Origin: an uncultured Gemmatimonadales bacterium
GTDB lineage: Bacteria > Gemmatimonadota > Gemmatimonadetes > Gemmatimonadales > GWC2-71-9
Length of the DNA: 64,000 nt
Assembly: GCA_963825055.1 (NCBI GenBank)
Contig: CAWGSK010000009.1
Span: 64,001-128,000 of the forward strand
Direction: 5' to 3'
Position 1 is the first letter of the stretch. Each line of letters starts with the position of its first letter. The position numbers and the translations under genes were made by a program. Shown one piece after another: positions 8,996 to 18,223 of the stretch. A model generated the notes under the pieces. It saw nothing but the letters and a program-made list of their open reading frames with translations. It was not told the origin of the DNA and ran no database searches.

Positions 8996-11900
8996 CTAAT
9001 ATTCCTTCTCCCAGAGCAAATCGAAACCCAGCTGGTGCTCCTTCTCCGTTGCGATCGACTGCGAGGTGACACCGGTGGTGCAGATCTGGAGCGGCTCGAT
9101 GCTGGTCCGGGCCCGCCAGACTCGGCTGAAGCGGTGTTCGAGGCCGGCGCCGAGGCTCTGGCTGCCGAGGGAGCCGAACTCGCTGCCACAGACCCCGGCA
9201 CTCACCGTCAGGAAGTTCTTCCCGCCGAGCTGCCAGCCGAACGTGGCCTGGGTGAGCCCGGTGGTCAGGCCGATCGAGCTGTACCCCGTACGAATCTCGA
9301 CGTAGTCGATGGGAATCCCGAAATCCGAAACCAGCGAGCGCTGGAACTCCGATGACAGGGCGCTGGAGAGCAGCGCCACCGCGGCATTGACGAATGCGCG
9401 CTCCTGGCCGCCCGAGCCCGATGTCAGCTCGGGGTTGGGGCGCCCGAACATCAGGTAGCTCACGAGTTCCGTCTCCGTGGGCTGCGGGCGGATCGTACTG
9501 GTGAGTTGGAGCTGGGGGCGCTGGAGGGTCCCGGTGATGTTCGCGATGATGGGCACGTCCTCGGACTGCGTCTGCACGACGTGCGTGGCCTGGATGTCGA
9601 GTTCCGCGTTCAGGTCGGGGGTTCCGAAGTAGCGCACCTGCCCGCGCTCGACCTGGAAGTCCCGCGTGACGAACCCGATCTTGAGGCTGTAGGTGCCGCG
9701 GATGGCATTCAGCGTCCCGTCGACCGAATACCGGTCCGCCTCCTTGCTCACCGCAATGGATCCCTCCAGCTGGATGTTGGCGTCCGAGGACCGGAGCCAG
9801 AACTCGTCACCGACCTCAAGCTGGAAATTGCGGATGCGGAGGGAGTCGAGGAAGACGTTCTGGAAGGCCGCCCCCAGGTTCTCCTTCCGGATCAGCGTGG
9901 TGTCGACCAGGTCGCGGGCGAGGGGATCGGTCAGGTCCACGACCTGCTTGTTGAGCAGGTCGGCAAAGTGCAGCTCACCGCTGTTGGCCATCCCGGAGCC
10001 GTCAAGCACCGCGCCGTAGAGCGGGCCCTTGATGGTGGCGTTACCCGTGACCACAAGCGACAGGAACGCGCGGTCGTCGATCGCACGGAAGCGATTGGCC
10101 TCGAGCGTGAGGTTAAGGCTCGGGTCGGTCAGGCGGTTCAGCCTGATGGAGCCCGCCAGCTTGAGGTCGCCCGGTCCGCTGGTGGTGCGCAGGCGCTCGA
10201 TCACGATACTGTCGCCGGCGAAATGCGCCCGGCCGGTCATGTAGCCGTAACGCACGCCCAGGCTGGGAAGCGTTGCCGCCCCGTCCTGCACCTCCAGGAA
10301 CCCGTCGAGCTGCGGCGCATCCCACGTGCCGCTCACCTCGACATCGGCCTTCAGCAGCCCCTGGACCCGCCGCACGGTCGGTGTGAAGGCCTCCATCAGG
10401 GCCAGGTCCACGCTGTCGGCCACCGCGCGCACCGACAGCGGGCCGTCGAGTTGCCGCTTCGGGACCGAGGTGAAGGCGAGGTCGAGCGGGAGGCGCGCCT
10501 CGACGGTCAGGACCTGCACGCCCGTCCGCCAGAGCAGGAGGTTGGCCTCCAGCTGCTGGTTCTCGTAATTCACCACTCCCTGCACGAACGGCGCCTGGAA
10601 GTCTCCGAAGCGCGCATCGCCCAGCGTAACGGTGCCGGTGATGGTCGGCGTGCGCGCGGTCCCCCCGATGTCCAGCTCGACCCCGACCGACCCGCTGACA
10701 TCGGCGGTATCCCGCTGCAGGATACCGTAGACGTCCTTCAGGTCTATGCCATAGCCGGTGATGGCCAGCTGCCCGGGCTGGGACCGCGGGATCTCGCCGT
10801 TGACCCGGATCTGCGCGCCGCCAACCGACGGCCGGAGCTCGAGGCTGTCGATGACCATCGACCCGGCGGTCCGCTCGATCCGGGTCGGGTGAACGAGCTG
10901 CCACGTGTGCTCGGGCAGCACTGCCGTGAGCGAATCCAGGGCCAGGATGAAGCTCGCGGAATCCGGCTGGTACCACGTGCCGCCGCCGGAGAGGTCGGCG
11001 AGGCTTCCCGCCCTCATGCTGCCGCGCCAGTCGAGTGAATCGGGGCGGCCGCCAATACGGACGTCCACGTCATGGAATTCCTGGTCGCCATACTGCACCA
11101 GCGGGGACACCACGGTCGCGGCCACGTTCCGCCGGTCGGAGTTGCGCCACTCGAATGTCGCGTCGATCTCGCGGGAGGCGATCTGGCGGTACGCCAGGTC
11201 GTTGAGGGTGGCGGAGCCGGTCACGACGATGGAGTCCAGGGCCCCTTCCAGCTGTATCGACCCCAGCCCGATGCCCGCCAGGCGCTGCGGGGCCAGGCTG
11301 TCGGGCTCCATGCCGGTCATGGACGTCACAAGGGAGTCGAACGGGCTCAGCGTCGCGGCGGTCACGTCGAACGTCATCCGGCCGCTGTGAGGAGCCGCCC
11401 ATCCGAGGGTTCCGGCACCGGCCGCGCTGCCGTTGGCCCACGCGAAGTGCAGCGTATCCACCGTGATCAGGCTGTCGCGCACTTCCACCAGGGCAAAGGC
11501 ACTGTCGATTTCCGCCTCGCGAATTCCGCTCGGGCCGAGGCTCAGGCGAAGGCTTCCCTCGGGCGCCTGGAGCGTATCGACCACGCCCGTGGCGAGGAGG
11601 CGCCCCTGCAGGCGGGTGTGCAGCCCCCGGCCGGTCAGCATCGCCAGGTCGAGCCTGTTGAAGGTGGCCTGGAAACTGTCGGCGCCGAACCGGGGCGGCA
11701 GCAACATGAGCGTCCCGCGGGCCTGCACCTGCCCCAGCCCTCCCTGGAGGTCGGCGACCACGTCGAGGTGCTCGAGCGTGCCGCTGGTCTGGACGGTACC
11801 GGTCACGGAGCCCTGGGCGCGGAGCGCGGGGAGGCCGGCCCGGATTCCGTCGAACGAGAGCGGGTCCAGCCGCAGTTCGCTGTCCAGCCCGAGGGAGGTT

Positions 11901-13402
11901 CCCAGGGTATTGAAATGCACCCGGCCCCGGGCGACGCTGACCGGCCGGTCGCCGTCATGATGCCGGATGGTGCCCTCGTATACCGCGTCCTGCCAGGGAC
12001 CGTTGATGGTGCCCGCCAGGTCCAGGCGGCCCTCCAGCAGCGCCGCGGGAACCACCTCGCGAATCGTGGTCATCGCGATGTCGCTCGACTCGAGCACGAA
12101 ATCGGTGAACACCACGCCCTGGGGGCCGCCGTACGCGATCCGGCCGTGCCCCTCGAGGAGCGAGACGGGGTGCTCGGGTACCACGGAATCGGTGAAGGCG
12201 ATGTTGAACCGGATCGGGAAGCTGGTCCGGGCTCCCCCGCCCGAGAGGGCGCCCGTGATCGTGCCGTCGAACGGGATCGTGTCGATGTAGGGCCGCATCA
12301 GGTCGAGGTCGGCCGCCCGCACGTCCACGTTGAAGGCCTCGAGGGTGAACCCGGTCCGCTGGTCGATGACCGCGGTGGCGCTCCCGTCCACCTCGGTTGG
12401 CCCCGCGCCCAGGTGCATGTCCTTCAGGATGTAGGAGGTCCGGGTCTCGGAGGACGACTTCGCCTCGAAGTGCGTGCTGCCGGTGAAGGCCGGCAGCGTC
12501 GGCACGAAGCCGCGGACGTCCCGCAGGTCCACGCGGGGGGCGTCGAAGGTCAGGTCGAGCAGGAGGGCGCCACCTGGGAAGGCGACGTCGCCGCTGCCCT
12601 GGAACGTGGTGTTGGGCAGTTCCCCGTGTCGCGCAATGATGCGCGCGGTATCACCGACGATCGTGACCCGGCCCGCGAAATCGCGGAGATCCACCGCGGG
12701 ATCGCTCACCCTCGTGGCAAGCGAGTCGATGTCGGCCATGATGGGAGCGCGGGCCGGCGTGCTGATGCGGAGTTCCGGCAGCCTCGCGTTGAGACTGTCG
12801 AGCACGATCACCTTCCGGAGCCCCTCTGGCGAATCCTCGATGACCCGGCCCGGTACGTCGCGCTGCGCGGCGAGGGCGGCCTCACGCATCTGCGGCGTGC
12901 GCGCCGAGTCCGGCGGGTTCCAGGGCGTGGCAATCCGCACGGTGCCGTCCCGGATGGTGAGCCCGCGGATATCGAACAGCGGCGGCCGTCCTCCCCCGGC
13001 TCCCTCGCCGAGGCGGAGAATCTCGGCGTAGTTCATCCGCCCGCCGGGGTGCTTGATGAGCTGGATGAAGGGGCGCTCCAGCACGACATCCGACAGGATG
13101 AAGCGGCCCGACAGCAGGTTGGGCACCTGGTAGCCCACCTCCATCCGCGGGATCCGGGCGAAGGTCACTCCCGAGGTGTCCTTGAGCACCACGTCCCGGA
13201 GTTCAATGCCGAAGAGAAAGGAACCGCTCAGCTCGCCGATCTCGAGGTCGCCCCTGAACACGCCGTCCAGCATCTTCGAGGCATTCCGCGCCAGCAGGTC
13301 GTGGCCGGAATCGGTCCAGATGAGCGCGGCGACCACCCCCAGCACCAGTGGCACGGTGCCGAGCACCAGGACGAGGATGGCGTGGAGGACGCGGCGGCGC
13401 AT
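8996..13402 (-). CDS. tamB: Translocation and assembly module TamB (AsmA-like)
   Basis: 1468 aa with an N-terminal anchor helix, repetitive beta-rich body and DUF490-like C-terminus; directly downstream of an Omp85 gene. Confidence 0.85.
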   Translation of the reverse strand: MRRRVLHAILVLVLGTVPLVLGVVAALIWTDSGHDLLARNASKMLDGVFRGDLEIGELSGSFLFGIELRDVVLKDTSGVTFARIPRMEVGYQVPNLLSGRFILSDVVLERPFIQLIKHPGGRMNYAEILRLGEGAGGGRPPLFDIRGLTIRDGTVRIATPWNPPDSARTPQMREAALAAQRDVPGRVIEDSPEGLRKVIVLDSLNARLPELRISTPARAPIMADIDSLATRVSDPAVDLRDFAGRVTIVGDTARIIARHGELPNTTFQGSGDVAFPGGALLLDLTFDAPRVDLRDVRGFVPTLPAFTGSTHFEAKSSSETRTSYILKDMHLGAGPTEVDGSATAVIDQRTGFTLEAFNVDVRAADLDLMRPYIDTIPFDGTITGALSGGGARTSFPIRFNIAFTDSVVPEHPVSLLEGHGRIAYGGPQGVVFTDFVLESSDIAMTTIREVVPAALLEGRLDLAGTINGPWQDAVYEGTIRHHDGDRPVSVARGRVHFNTLGTSLGLDSELRLDPLSFDGIRAGLPALRAQGSVTGTVQTSGTLEHLDVVADLQGGLGQVQARGTLMLLPPRFGADSFQATFNRLDLAMLTGRGLHTRLQGRLLATGVVDTLQAPEGSLRLSLGPSGIREAEIDSAFALVEVRDSLITVDTLHFAWANGSAAGAGTLGWAAPHSGRMTFDVTAATLSPFDSLVTSMTGMEPDSLAPQRLAGIGLGSIQLEGALDSIVVTGSATLNDLAYRQIASREIDATFEWRNSDRRNVAATVVSPLVQYGDQEFHDVDVRIGGRPDSLDWRGSMRAGSLADLSGGGTWYQPDSASFILALDSLTAVLPEHTWQLVHPTRIERTAGSMVIDSLELRPSVGGAQIRVNGEIPRSQPGQLAITGYGIDLKDVYGILQRDTADVSGSVGVELDIGGTARTPTITGTVTLGDARFGDFQAPFVQGVVNYENQQLEANLLLWRTGVQVLTVEARLPLDLAFTSVPKRQLDGPLSVRAVADSVDLALMEAFTPTVRRVQGLLKADVEVSGTWDAPQLDGFLEVQDGAATLPSLGVRYGYMTGRAHFAGDSIVIERLRTTSGPGDLKLAGSIRLNRLTDPSLNLTLEANRFRAIDDRAFLSLVVTGNATIKGPLYGAVLDGSGMANSGELHFADLLNKQVVDLTDPLARDLVDTTLIRKENLGAAFQNVFLDSLRIRNFQLEVGDEFWLRSSDANIQLEGSIAVSKEADRYSVDGTLNAIRGTYSLKIGFVTRDFQVERGQVRYFGTPDLNAELDIQATHVVQTQSEDVPIIANITGTLQRPQLQLTSTIRPQPTETELVSYLMFGRPNPELTSGSGGQERAFVNAAVALLSSALSSEFQRSLVSDFGIPIDYVEIRTGYSSIGLTTGLTQATFGWQLGGKNFLTVSAGVCGSEFGSLGSQSLGAGLEHRFSRVWRARTSIEPLQICTTGVTSQSIATEKEHQLGFDLLWEKEY

Positions 13403-13404
13403 CG

Positions 13405-15555
13405 TTAGAACGGCTGCCCGATGGCGAAATGCAGGGTGTAGCCGTGGGGCCGCGGCTGGGTAAAACCGTTGTCGATCTGGATCAGGCGGCCGTCCTTGGT
13501 CTGCTGGTACAGTGCCCCGGGGGAGCGATCATACGGGTTGATGCCGAGATCGAACCGCGCCGGCCCGAGCGGCGTGGCCACGCGAATGCCGAAGCCCGGC
13601 GTCACCCGGATGAGCACCGGCGACTGGTCGGTCGAGCCGCGCTGCCAGAGGCCGCCGGCATCAGCGAAGATGGCCAGCCGCATGCGCTCGGAAAAAATCG
13701 GCGACGGGAAACGCAACTCCACGTTCCCGATGGTGAGGGTGTTACCGCCTGTGGCCGAGAACCGTGCGTCGAGCGTTCCGGCCCTGACCATCGCCAGCAC
13801 CGTGTCGGCCGGCAGGTCCGTCGCCTCCGTCACGTAGACCACGGGACCCAGCTCGGCACGGTCGTAGCCGCGGACATCCTGCGAGCCGCCAGCGTAGAAG
13901 CGCTGCTCGATCGGGATGAAGTTGACCTGCTGGCTCCCGATGTCCGTGGAGGGGGCGAAGATCAGGCCACCCCGGACACGCCAGCTCAGGACTACGCCGC
14001 GAGTCAGCGTTCGATACCACGCCATGTCAGCGCGCACGCGGGTAAACCGCTCCAGCGGGGAGGATCCGAGATACTGCGCACTGTGCGTGACCTCCGCTGC
14101 GGCCTGGTAGCCCCGCGTCGGGTTGAGCGGGTTGTTCACGCGGGGCCAGGTCACTGACGCGCTCAGCGCGGCCAGCCGCTGGTTCTGCTGGAGGAAGCTG
14201 CGGTCCTCGGCGGTACAGACGTTGAAGAAGGCGCAGAAGTTCGCCGCGCTCGCCCGGGTGCGACCATAGCTCAGCTGGTAGGTCAGCTGGATCGGGTTCC
14301 GCCGGCTCGTCTGCCGCAGCACGCCGATCGAGGCGCCGATCTCCTCCCGCTCGTAGACCTTGAACTCGCTCGACCGCTCGGCGTAGAGTGAGGCGGTGAT
14401 GGTGTTCTGCGGCGAGAAGAAATTCGGACGGCGGACGGAGGCGGTGAGGTTGTAGTTCACCCGCCGGGACCCGATACTGTCCTCCTTGAGGACCGAACAG
14501 AGGTTGTCCTTGAAACCGGCGTCCGCCGGCGGCGCGGCGCCGAGCTTCGACAGCTTGCCGCTCAGGGTGAACACACGTCCCCCGCCCAGGAAGTTGCGGG
14601 CCGTCCAGCTCGAACCAAGCCGGAAGCAGTCGGTAGTGCCGTACCCCACGCTGCCGGTGGTCCGGTGGAGTTTCGCGGTGCTGACCTGGACCGTCAGGGG
14701 AACCGAGGTGTCGCCCACGGCGTAGCGCGCCGAGTCGATCCCGACGCTCGCGGTGCGGAAGAGTTCGGTGCGGTAGAGGTTGCGCTGGCTCTCGAAGAGC
14801 GCCTCCTGCGAGAAGGGCCTTCCCGGCTTCGTCGCGAGCTGGCGGCGCACGAAGCTCGTGTCCACCGGGGAGGTCCCCTCCACGCGGATCTCCCCGATGC
14901 TGGCCGGCGTCCCGGGTACGAACTCGAGGGTCACGTTCGCGGTCCGTGCGTCACGGTCGACGTCGAAGCTCCGGAAAAACGCGGCGGCCGGGTATCCCGC
15001 GTTCCGCAGGCGCGCGACAATCGTGTCGCCCGTCGCGGTCATGAGGTACCGGTTGAACGGGTCGCCCTCGCGCAGCGGCAGGTCAACCAGGAGGTTCGAC
15101 CGGTTCGAGACCGAGTCGAGCCCCTCGAAGGCGAGCGACTGCACCCGTACCGGCTCGCCCTCGGCGATCTTGAACGTGATGCTGACCGACTCCGGCTTCC
15201 GTTCGACGACCGTGTCGACCTGGACCTCCAGGAACCCGCTGGCGCGATAGAACGTCTGGAGGCGCAGCACGTCACGCCGGAACTCCCGTTCGTCGAACAC
15301 GCGGGTTTCCCCGAGACCAAGCCACTTGAACGGGGGCGTCCGCGCAAACCAGCTGGAATTCGTCGTGCCGATGGCCGCGGCCAGGACGTCCTTGCTGATC
15401 GAGCTGTTGCCCTGGAAATTGAGGCCGAGGACAACCGGAGGCCCCACGTCGGCTTGCTGCTGTGCCGTGAGCCCGGCCGGCAGGAAGAGGGCAACCGCCC
15501 CGAGCAGGACGATTGCCCACCGCCCACCGTGCCGGCGGCGCGGGGTCAACGGCAT
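13405..15555 (-). CDS. Omp85-family outer-membrane protein (TamA/BamA-like)
   Basis: Signal peptide, POTRA-like repeats, RFYAGG..VRGY motif, GFGIRVATPLGPARFD and C-terminal Phe. Confidence 0.9.
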   Translation of the reverse strand: MPLTPRRRHGGRWAIVLLGAVALFLPAGLTAQQQADVGPPVVLGLNFQGNSSISKDVLAAAIGTTNSSWFARTPPFKWLGLGETRVFDEREFRRDVLRLQTFYRASGFLEVQVDTVVERKPESVSITFKIAEGEPVRVQSLAFEGLDSVSNRSNLLVDLPLREGDPFNRYLMTATGDTIVARLRNAGYPAAAFFRSFDVDRDARTANVTLEFVPGTPASIGEIRVEGTSPVDTSFVRRQLATKPGRPFSQEALFESQRNLYRTELFRTASVGIDSARYAVGDTSVPLTVQVSTAKLHRTTGSVGYGTTDCFRLGSSWTARNFLGGGRVFTLSGKLSKLGAAPPADAGFKDNLCSVLKEDSIGSRRVNYNLTASVRRPNFFSPQNTITASLYAERSSEFKVYEREEIGASIGVLRQTSRRNPIQLTYQLSYGRTRASAANFCAFFNVCTAEDRSFLQQNQRLAALSASVTWPRVNNPLNPTRGYQAAAEVTHSAQYLGSSPLERFTRVRADMAWYRTLTRGVVLSWRVRGGLIFAPSTDIGSQQVNFIPIEQRFYAGGSQDVRGYDRAELGPVVYVTEATDLPADTVLAMVRAGTLDARFSATGGNTLTIGNVELRFPSPIFSERMRLAIFADAGGLWQRGSTDQSPVLIRVTPGFGIRVATPLGPARFDLGINPYDRSPGALYQQTKDGRLIQIDNGFTQPRPHGYTLHFAIGQPF

Positions 15556-15642
15556 GCCTTCATGAAAATGCCTGTCGGGGAACAGGCCGGGGAGCGCTCC
15601 AAGATATGAACCTTTCCAGGCGAGCCGAGGGTGCCCGAATGA

Positions 15643-15671
15643 TTGACGATGCGCCCTAAGCCCTGTATTTT
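15643..15671 (+). promoter_or_regulatory. Putative sigma70 promoter of the ABC transporter operon
   Basis: TTGACG-17 bp-TATTTT in the divergent intergenic region. Confidence 0.45.
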
Positions 15672-15785
15672 CGCCATCTTACGTCACCCTGTCAACGCGG
15701 ATTCGCCGCGGCGCCGATCCGGTTGTTCGAGTACGATGCGGTGGTCCAGGGCGCCCTCATGCATTTTCCCACCCCCGGTTCGCGA

Positions 15786-17309
15786 ATGAAACGATTTCTG
15801 GTCATTCTATGCTTCGCCGCCGCTGCCTGCAGCGACGGAGGTCACGACGCGACGCTGAAGTACTATTTCACCTATGATCCGCGCTCCCTTGACCCCGCCC
15901 TCTCCACCGACGTTCCAACCGGCGAAGTCTCCGCCCTGCTGTTCGACAACGTGACACAATTTGATGTGGACGGGAACCTGGAGCCCGGCCTTGCCACCCG
16001 CTGGGAGGTCGATTCCGCCGGCCGCCGGTACACGTTCCATCTCCGCACCGACGCCCGCTTCCACGACGACCAGCCGGTAACGGCGACCGACGTCCGTGAT
16101 TCCTGGCTCCGAACCCTTCGCTCGGGCGGACGGACCTGGCCGCTCGTGCCGATCCAGGGTGCCCGGGCCTACGCCGCCGGCTCGGCCGATGCGGTGAGCG
16201 GCATCGCCATCCCGGACGACAGCACCGTGGTGGTGACCCTGGAGGAGCCGCTCAACGTCTTCCCCAAGCTCGTCGCAATGCCCTCGACCGCGATCGTCCC
16301 CACCCCGACCCCCACGGACTTCGACCAGCATCCGGTCGGGAGCGGACCGTGGCGCTTCGTCTCCTGGTCCCATGACGACCAGATCGTGCTCGCCAGGAAC
16401 GACGCCTACTGGGGCAAGGCGCCCGAGAGCGATACACTCGTCATCCGCATCATCCCGGAGCCGCTGACCCAGGCAGCCGAGTACGAGTCCGGACAGTTGA
16501 GCGTAGTGGAGATTCCGTTCAGCGAGACCACGCGCTGGGAAACGGAACATGGCGACGAGCTGCAGCGGCGCCCCGCGCTCCGTGACCTGTATATCGCCAT
16601 CAACACCACCCGCGGCCCGCTCCGGGACGTGCGGGTGCGGCACGCGCTCAACCTCGCGGTGGACGTGCCGACCATCCTGCGGACAGTGATGGGCGGCCGG
16701 GGTGAACTCGCCGCCGGCGCCCTGCCACCGGGCGTCATGGGCTACGACTCGACCCGGGCCCCTTACCCCTACGATCCCGACTCCGCCCGGGCACTGCTGA
16801 CCGCGGCAGGCTACCCGAAGGGATTCTCCCTCCAGCTCTGGCGCACGCAGCGCGCCGAACTGGCCCGGGTCGCCCAGGCGGTCCAGCAGGACCTGGCGAA
16901 GGTCGGCATCACGGCTGAGATCGTGGAGCGGGACGCCTCCAGCGCCCGGGCAGCGAGCGCCAAGGGCGAGGCCGACCTCTTCCTGACCGACTGGTACGCG
17001 GACTACCCGGACCCGGAGAGCTTCAACTACGCCACCTTCCACGGCCGGAACAGCGGCACCGGCGGGAACCGCGCCTTCTACAGCGACCCGGTGACCGACT
17101 CGCTCATCGTGCTCGCCCGCACCACCATCGACGAGGCCCGGAAGGCGGAGGTCTCGCGACAGATCGACGCGCGGATTTTCCAGGCGGCACCGTGGATCTT
17201 CCTGTGGTTCCCGGTGGACGTGTGGGCCGAGCGACCCGACGTCACCGGGTGGCGCATTCCCGCCATCTTCACCGGCCAGCGCTGGGTGGACGCGAAGCAC
17301 ACGCCGTGA
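15786..17309 (+). CDS. Peptide/nickel ABC transporter substrate-binding lipoprotein (SBP family 5)
   Basis: Lipobox AAAC; LDPA, PGLATRW, RFHD and PVGSGPW motifs. Confidence 0.92.
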   Translation: MKRFLVILCFAAAACSDGGHDATLKYYFTYDPRSLDPALSTDVPTGEVSALLFDNVTQFDVDGNLEPGLATRWEVDSAGRRYTFHLRTDARFHDDQPVTATDVRDSWLRTLRSGGRTWPLVPIQGARAYAAGSADAVSGIAIPDDSTVVVTLEEPLNVFPKLVAMPSTAIVPTPTPTDFDQHPVGSGPWRFVSWSHDDQIVLARNDAYWGKAPESDTLVIRIIPEPLTQAAEYESGQLSVVEIPFSETTRWETEHGDELQRRPALRDLYIAINTTRGPLRDVRVRHALNLAVDVPTILRTVMGGRGELAAGALPPGVMGYDSTRAPYPYDPDSARALLTAAGYPKGFSLQLWRTQRAELARVAQAVQQDLAKVGITAEIVERDASSARAASAKGEADLFLTDWYADYPDPESFNYATFHGRNSGTGGNRAFYSDPVTDSLIVLARTTIDEARKAEVSRQIDARIFQAAPWIFLWFPVDVWAERPDVTGWRIPAIFTGQRWVDAKHTP

Positions 17310-18223
17310 CCCGCTATCTCGCCGTCCGGCTCGCGCTTCTCGTCCCCACGCTCTTCGGGGTGCTGGTCGCCGCGTTCCTCCTGCTCTACGTCGCCCCGGG
17401 CGACCCGGTGCAGGCCATGGTCGGCGAGCGGGCGGATGCCGAAACGATCGCGCGCCTCCGCGCTGAACTTCACCTGGACGACCCGCTCCCGAAACAGTTC
17501 GTCGTCTACGTCGGCGGAGTCCTCCAGGGCGACCTCGGCCGGTCCTACATCACGCGCCGCCCCATCCTGCGGGACCTGATCGAGCGCTTCCCGGCCACCC
17601 TGCGCCTGGCCGGCGCGGCCATGCTCTTCGCCGTGCTCACCGGCGTCAGCATCGGCGTGTACGGCGCCTGGCGCCCGGGTACGTGGGCCGACCGCCTGAC
17701 CACGGTGGGCGCCTACCTCGGCATCTCCTTCCCGGTCTACTGGGTCGGGCTGCTGCTCATCCTGGTCTTCGCGGTGCAGCTGCGCTGGCTCCCCGCGTCA
17801 GGGTCGGGAGGCCTGAAGTACCTCATCCTCCCCGCGATCACGCTCGGCATGCGGTCGGTCGCCTTCCTGGCCCGCATGACCCGCGCGGCAACGCAGGAGA
17901 TGCTGCAGAGCGACTTCATCCGGACCGCGCGCGCAAAGGGACTCGGCGAGGCCAGGGTCCTGGTCCACGCGATCCGGAACGCGATGCTCCCCGTCCTCAC
18001 CGTCATCGGACTTGATTTCGGCAGCTACCTGACCGGCTCCATCCTGACCGAGACCATCTTCAGCTGGCCCGGTGTGGGCCGGTACGTCCTGACCGCCATC
18101 GACAAGCGCGACCTCCCGGCCATCCAGGGAAGTATCCTGTTCCTGAGCCTGGTGTTCGTGATCGTCAACCTCCTTACCGACCTGCTCTATGCAAAGGCCG
18201 ATCCCCGTGTCGCCTACGACTGA
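17306..18223 (+). CDS. Peptide ABC transporter permease (DppB/OppB-like)
   Basis: PGDP, GDLGRS, RTARAKGL (EAA loop) and ETIFSWPGVG motifs. Confidence 0.93.
   Translation: MTRYLAVRLALLVPTLFGVLVAAFLLLYVAPGDPVQAMVGERADAETIARLRAELHLDDPLPKQFVVYVGGVLQGDLGRSYITRRPILRDLIERFPATLRLAGAAMLFAVLTGVSIGVYGAWRPGTWADRLTTVGAYLGISFPVYWVGLLLILVFAVQLRWLPASGSGGLKYLILPAITLGMRSVAFLARMTRAATQEMLQSDFIRTARAKGLGEARVLVHAIRNAMLPVLTVIGLDFGSYLTGSILTETIFSWPGVGRYVLTAIDKRDLPAIQGSILFLSLVFVIVNLLTDLLYAKADPRVAYD

Noticed and set aside
9506..13408. Long plus-strand ORFs (510 and 778 aa) opposite tamB, and similar long antisense ORFs elsewhere
   Set aside because: These are typical high-GC shadow frames with no recognisable motifs, fully overlapping well-supported genes.
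15655..15683. CCTAAG-N17-CTTACG spaced inverted motif, with a weaker look-alike at 24590-24618
   Set aside because: It could be a nucleoid-protein site, but the arms are short and imperfect and cannot be distinguished from chance here.
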